Origin: Armatimonadota bacterium
GTDB lineage: Bacteria > Armatimonadota > HRBIN16
Direction: 5' to 3'
DNA length: 64,000 nucleotides
Assembly: GCA_963677485.1 (NCBI GenBank)
Contig: OY781964.1
Location: 2,560,001-2,624,000 of the forward strand
The position numbers and the translations under genes were made by a program. Below the pieces are notes generated by a model. The model was not told where the DNA came from. It did no database searches and was given only the letters and a program-made list of their open reading frames with translations. Below, in pieces: positions 59,109 through 64,000 of the stretch (its first letter is position 1; every line of letters starts with the position of its first letter).

Positions 59109-60034
59109 GTTCCGCTCCGCACGTGCCGGTGATGTTGGAGGAGTGTCTGCAGCTTTTGGCACTTCAACCCGGCGAAACTGCGGTTGACGCCACTTTAGGT
59201 GCAGGCGGGCACAGTATGCGCATGCTGCAGGCACTGCAGCCAGGCGGCACGTTGATAGCTTTTGATCGGGATGCCAGTGCAATCGAACTGGCCCAACAGC
59301 GTCTGGCAGCGGTGCCGGCGCAGGCCAACATCATATTGGTGCATAGTGATTACCGCGAAATGCGTCAGCAATGTTCAGATCGAGACATTGAACAGGTAGA
59401 TGCCGTTTTTTTTGACCTTGGCGTCTCATCAATGCAGCTAGACCTCCCAGAAAGAGGTTTTTCTCATCGCTTAGATGCTCCACTGGACATGCGCATGGAC
59501 CAGAGCCAGCCACTGACGGCATACCATGTCGTGAACGAGTGGGATGAAGTTGATATCGCAGCCGCCATTTGGGAATTCGGTGAGGACAGGGCCAGCAGAC
59601 GGATCGCACGCGAGATCGTGAGACACAGGCCTATTGAAACCACCGGGCAGTTGGCGGAAGTGGTCAGCAGAGCTGTCGGCAGATTTAAGGGTGAACACCA
59701 CCCGGCGGCGCGCACGATGCAGGCCATTCGGATCGTAGTGAACCGGGAACTAGAGGGGCTGCAGCAGATAGTGGAGCAATCCATTGAGATGCTGAAACCA
59801 GGGGGACGAATCGTGGCTCTTACTTATCATTCATTAGAGGCACGGGCCGTCAAACAAGCATTTTTGGCTTACAGCGGAAAATGCCAGTGCCCGCCCTCAT
59901 TCCCCATCTGTGTTTGCGGAGCAACGAAGCAGATCGAATACATCGTCAAGGGTTCATTGAAGCCCACAGAACAGGAAGTGGCCGCCAACCCCAGAGCACG
60001 CAGTGCTCAGTGCCGAGCGGCCAGAAAACTGTAG
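59105..60034 (+). CDS. rsmH: 16S rRNA m4C1402 methyltransferase
   Basis: HVPVM, DATLGAGGHS, DLGVSSMQLD, PLDMRMD and NPRARSA motifs. Confidence 0.97.
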   Translation: MSSAPHVPVMLEECLQLLALQPGETAVDATLGAGGHSMRMLQALQPGGTLIAFDRDASAIELAQQRLAAVPAQANIILVHSDYREMRQQCSDRDIEQVDAVFFDLGVSSMQLDLPERGFSHRLDAPLDMRMDQSQPLTAYHVVNEWDEVDIAAAIWEFGEDRASRRIAREIVRHRPIETTGQLAEVVSRAVGRFKGEHHPAARTMQAIRIVVNRELEGLQQIVEQSIEMLKPGGRIVALTYHSLEARAVKQAFLAYSGKCQCPPSFPICVCGATKQIEYIVKGSLKPTEQEVAANPRARSAQCRAARKL

Positions 60035-60117
60035 TCAACCAACCGGAACACCATCGAGTAATACTTATTATTTATGACCTACGAGGGGATACCCTCAAAT
60101 GCCAGGGAGAAGCTACC

Positions 60118-60498
60118 ATGTCTACTACCATTATCAGTCCTTCAGCCCGGCCCTTGCGGTCGAAATCGGTATCGGATTCGAGGATGAAGCACCATAAAGG
60201 TCTGAATCCACTCAGCAAATTGATCATCTCAATCAATGGGGTGCTCGTGCTGTTTTGGCTCTTCATCGCCTCCAGCGGGCCAGGCAATTTGAACAGGATG
60301 AGCACCGAACAAAGCCAACTCATTGCCGAAATAAACCGTCTCACCTATGCGAACCAACAGCTTAAAAGTGACATTCTCACAGAGACATCAGATGTAGTGA
60401 TTGAACGATGGGCGGCTGTTCACAATTTCGAAAAGGAGACCGCTCCTGAAGCATCTGCCGCATTGAACCGTAACCAAGCATCAGCAGCTTCACGATAG
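60118..60498 (+). CDS. ftsL: FtsL-like cell-division protein
   Basis: Single TM followed by a coiled coil; position between rsmH and ftsI. Confidence 0.65.
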   Translation: MSTTIISPSARPLRSKSVSDSRMKHHKGLNPLSKLIISINGVLVLFWLFIASSGPGNLNRMSTEQSQLIAEINRLTYANQQLKSDILTETSDVVIERWAAVHNFEKETAPEASAALNRNQASAASR

Positions 60499-60509
60499 AG
60501 TGAACCGGC

Positions 60510-62468
60510 ATGACTGACCGACCAGGGCGGCACAATCGTGTGACCGACCCCCTTACTATCACTGGCCAGAATGCGCTGTCTATAACAACTTTAATAGGCG
60601 GCGTTATGCTGCTTGTCATATTCCTAAGGCTGGCATGGTGGCAAGTAGGCAAGCATCACGAGCTCTCAGAGGCTTACGCCAACCAACACATCAAGGTAGT
60701 TTCCATACCCGCGCCTCGCGGACGCATCCTGGACAGCGAAGGCAATGAGCTCGCGATGAATAACCGGTGCGTTCATCTGCTAATCCAGCCCAAGCGTATC
60801 TTCGCGCCTGTCATGGCGGCTGACGTGATTTCCATCATCACCAAGATAGACCGTGCCCAACTGCTCGATCAGTTTTCAAAGCATAAGAGTTCATTTTACA
60901 TAATGAAAAATGCTCTAGGCCCCAAAATGGACAGGCTGATTGCGATGGAAACTATCATGAACCAACGAACCCGACGGCAGCGGGAAGCCACTATCAAAGC
61001 CAATTTCAAGGGTGCTGAGGCCCAACAGCTATTGCAAGTCGTCGAGGGTAAGAAGCAGTTTACCCCTGAAGAAGTAAAGACATGGACAGCCGGGGTGATT
61101 GTAGAGCGCGACAATGTACGCAAATACCCGATGAACCAGGCGGCATGCCAACTCATAGGCACGGTTGATAGCGCGGGTGTTGGGAGAGACGGGCTGGAAC
61201 TAAAATTCAACCCTCCACTTGATAAGAACGGAAAACCGACAGGAATCGGACTTCAGGGTAGAAATGGCCAGATGCAGGCTGAATTCGCCCGTGACGGACA
61301 TATCGTGCCAGGCACCGAGAAGGACCTGGTCAAGATGATTCCGGGGGTCGACGTCAAGCTGACCATCAACGGCTATATCCAATCAGCCGCAGAAGAAGCA
61401 TTGAATGAACTGGCTGCCAAACACAAGCCCAAACGGGCTTGTGCCATCGTGATGGACCCGAACACCGGCGAAATACTGGCCATGGCCAATGTGCCTGGGT
61501 ATGACCTCAACCAGCGCTCCAAATTGATACGCAAAACGGCCGATATCGAGAAAACCCGCAATATGGCCGCATCACACGCTTTTGAGCCTGGCTCAATTTT
61601 TAAACCGATTACCATCTCTGGCGGCCTGCACTGCCACGTGATTACCGAAAACTCACAGTTTTATTGTGACGGCAGCCTGCCCCTGCCCGGCAAGACGATC
61701 CACTGTACACACGGTGTGAAGCATGGGCAGCTGACGCCAAGGGAGATCATCGCTCAAAGCTGTAATGTCTCTACAGGACGCATCGCACTGAGGATGGGAC
61801 CGAAGACCTTGTATAACTGGATTGTTTCGATGGGATTGACCAAAAAGGCCTGCCGTGACATCCCGTCATCAAGCTGGGGATACCTACCGAACCCCAGCAT
61901 TAAGAGAACCCGATGGGGACAGATAGCGAATGCCAACATCGGATTCGGACAAGGGGTCACAGTCACTCCAATCGGGTTGTTGACCTCATTCTGTAGCTTG
62001 ATCAACGGCGGGGAGTATATTCCCGCTCAGATTATTAAGGGCAAGAAGGGCAAAGTACGCCGCTTGCTCACTCAAGAGGAATCAATGGAACTCCGCAGTT
62101 TCTTGAAAGCAACTGTGGACGAAGGCACCGGACCACTCGCACAAGTTCCTGGCTACCTGGTAGGGGGCAAGACAGGAACCGCACAGCGAGTGTATGAATC
62201 GGTGCGTGGGCAAAAGCGGGCAGGAACTGGTTACGAACAGGGCGCCTATGTCGCCTCCTTTATAGGTTTCGCTCCTGTGAATGAACCAAGAGTCGCTATT
62301 CTGGTTACAGTAGACCGTCCCACAGAGAATGGGCACTATGGGGGAACGGTCGCTGGGCCCGCTTTTGCCAAGATCATGGGTGAGTCACTCGCCCACCTAT
62401 CTGTCACCGCAGACCCGTTCATGAAACTGCATCCGCAGTATCACAAACGCAAGAAACTGAACGACTAG
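60510..62468 (+). CDS. ftsI: Class B penicillin-binding protein (FtsI/SpoVD-like)
   Basis: RGRILD, GRDGLE, EPGSIFK (SxxK), SCN and GKTGTAQ motifs. Confidence 0.93.
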   Translation: MTDRPGRHNRVTDPLTITGQNALSITTLIGGVMLLVIFLRLAWWQVGKHHELSEAYANQHIKVVSIPAPRGRILDSEGNELAMNNRCVHLLIQPKRIFAPVMAADVISIITKIDRAQLLDQFSKHKSSFYIMKNALGPKMDRLIAMETIMNQRTRRQREATIKANFKGAEAQQLLQVVEGKKQFTPEEVKTWTAGVIVERDNVRKYPMNQAACQLIGTVDSAGVGRDGLELKFNPPLDKNGKPTGIGLQGRNGQMQAEFARDGHIVPGTEKDLVKMIPGVDVKLTINGYIQSAAEEALNELAAKHKPKRACAIVMDPNTGEILAMANVPGYDLNQRSKLIRKTADIEKTRNMAASHAFEPGSIFKPITISGGLHCHVITENSQFYCDGSLPLPGKTIHCTHGVKHGQLTPREIIAQSCNVSTGRIALRMGPKTLYNWIVSMGLTKKACRDIPSSSWGYLPNPSIKRTRWGQIANANIGFGQGVTVTPIGLLTSFCSLINGGEYIPAQIIKGKKGKVRRLLTQEESMELRSFLKATVDEGTGPLAQVPGYLVGGKTGTAQRVYESVRGQKRAGTGYEQGAYVASFIGFAPVNEPRVAILVTVDRPTENGHYGGTVAGPAFAKIMGESLAHLSVTADPFMKLHPQYHKRKKLND

Positions 62469-62513
62469 CTTGACTCTGATAAAATAGATTGGTAACACAA
62501 CGGACTTATACGA

Positions 62514-63998
62514 ATGACAGCGCAGTATCTTCTCGACATGTTTCAAACAGTACACGGAGCACGTGTGCCGGCAGAGGCCAACCCACTCATTGAAGGAGTG
62601 GCTTTTGACTCCCGGCAAGTGAAGCCGGGTTATCTGTTCATCGCCCTTCAGGGCGATCATGTTGACGGCCGCCAGTTCATCCCATCGGCTATCCAGAACG
62701 GTGCCGTGGCGGTCATGACTGCCCTCCCCGCCGATACTCACCTGCCACAGGTCATCGTGCCCGACGCCGAACTCGCCATGGCGCAGGTGGCATGCCAATT
62801 CTACCAATACCCCTCCCGCAAGATGCGTGTGATAGGGATCACCGGCACGAATGGAAAGACCACCACCGCGATTTTGGCCGCGCATATCATGAGATATGCT
62901 GGCCGTAAGACGGCTGTGATAGGCACCCTTGGGGCGTCTTCGGACGGTGTTAATTGGAAGTCCACTGGTCACACCACGCCGCAATCGCCCGACTTGCAGC
63001 GCATTCTGGCAGAACTCCGCGATGAGGGTGTGGCGGATGTTGTGATGGAGATCAGCTCACATGCCATCAGCCAGAAACGCACACACGGTCTGGAGCTTGA
63101 TGTCGCCGCGATGCTGAACCTGACCCAAGACCACCTTGACTATTACGGCGATATGGCCAGTTATGCGGCCGCCAAAAAACAGCTTTTCACCGAGTACCCG
63201 GATTTTACCCAGAAGAAGTTCACCAGTGTCATGAACATGGCGGACTCCACCGCCCGAGGGTGGTCAGCCTGCCTTGAAACTAGCCAGCTAAACTTCGGTC
63301 CAGAAGGAAGCGGAGCAGATGCCGCTGTCAGTGGTGTTCAACTGGCGGTCGATTCCGTCAGCTACACGCTGACATATCACGGCCACAGCTATCAAGTGAC
63401 AGTGCCCCTGGGCGGTGGATTCCAAGTATGGAACAGCGCGGCCGCCTGGTGCTGCTGCGTATCAATAGGCATCGAACCTCAGATCGCGGCAGATGCACTG
63501 CGCTGCTGTCCCAGCTCACCAGGCCGTTTTGAGATGGTGCCTAATGATCGAGGCGTGACTGTGCTTGTAGATTACGCGCATACACCGGATGGATTAGTTA
63601 ACGTTTTGAACAGTGCCCGCAACCTGAACCCGCGGGAATTGGTTGTGGTTTTTGGATGCGGTGGAGACAGAGACGCCACAAAGCGGCCTGTCATGGGCAA
63701 AATCGCAGTGGAATCCGCTGACCGCGTATATGTCACAAGTGATAATCCGCGCACTGAAGATGCTGAGAGCATCATCCAACAGATAATAGCTGGTATGCCC
63801 CAGCCTCAGTCCCATCAAGTGAGCATAGAAGCCGACCGCAAATTGGCCATTCATATGGCTCTTGCCAGCCTGCAGCCAGGTGATATTCTGGTCATCGCAG
63901 GTAAGGGACACGAAGATTACCAGATCATTGGAACAACTAAATACCCCTTTGATGACCGCATCATAGCAACTGAGTGGTTTCAGGGAGATAGAAGATAA
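62514..63998 (+). CDS. murE: UDP-MurNAc-tripeptide synthetase (meso-DAP type)
   Basis: DSRQV, GTNGKTT, MEISSH, DHLDY, DYAHTPD, DNPR and AGKGHE motifs. Confidence 0.97.
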   Translation: MTAQYLLDMFQTVHGARVPAEANPLIEGVAFDSRQVKPGYLFIALQGDHVDGRQFIPSAIQNGAVAVMTALPADTHLPQVIVPDAELAMAQVACQFYQYPSRKMRVIGITGTNGKTTTAILAAHIMRYAGRKTAVIGTLGASSDGVNWKSTGHTTPQSPDLQRILAELRDEGVADVVMEISSHAISQKRTHGLELDVAAMLNLTQDHLDYYGDMASYAAAKKQLFTEYPDFTQKKFTSVMNMADSTARGWSACLETSQLNFGPEGSGADAAVSGVQLAVDSVSYTLTYHGHSYQVTVPLGGGFQVWNSAAAWCCCVSIGIEPQIAADALRCCPSSPGRFEMVPNDRGVTVLVDYAHTPDGLVNVLNSARNLNPRELVVVFGCGGDRDATKRPVMGKIAVESADRVYVTSDNPRTEDAESIIQQIIAGMPQPQSHQVSIEADRKLAIHMALASLQPGDILVIAGKGHEDYQIIGTTKYPFDDRIIATEWFQGDRR

Positions 63999-64000
63999 AT

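Noticed and set aside
1-64000. rRNA, tRNA, riboswitch or prophage
   Set aside because: None recognised by eye; a covariance-model scan would be needed to exclude small RNAs.

Overview
Bacterial chromosomal window, GC-rich and probably from an Armatimonadota-like polysaccharide degrader. The lineage is inferred from the C-terminal dockerin-like tags, the prepilin/H-X9-DG protein and the GH/sulfatase content. It carries carbohydrate enzymes, two-component genes, an rqlH-rqlI pair with an amber-interrupted helicase, a frameshifted AddA/UvrD-like helicase, five HExxH-less M48-like membrane proteins and the start of the dcw cluster (mraZ-rsmH-ftsL-ftsI-murE). The most notable feature is a 2.2-kb IS110-family element (13250-15461) whose ends can be mapped exactly. 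It sits at a duplicated TT core inside the signal-peptide codons of a beta-propeller hydrolase gene. Its DEDD recombinase has an extra alphaCTD/HhH-like C-terminal domain and is translationally coupled to a small OB-fold/SSB-like gene. A structured leader carries short matches to the element's own junctions, a candidate non-canonical bridge RNA. Intergenic DNA is packed with several families of short palindromic and tandem-unit repeats and MITEs, often nested. No rRNA, tRNA or CRISPR array was recognised. All calls come from reading motifs by eye; no searches were run.
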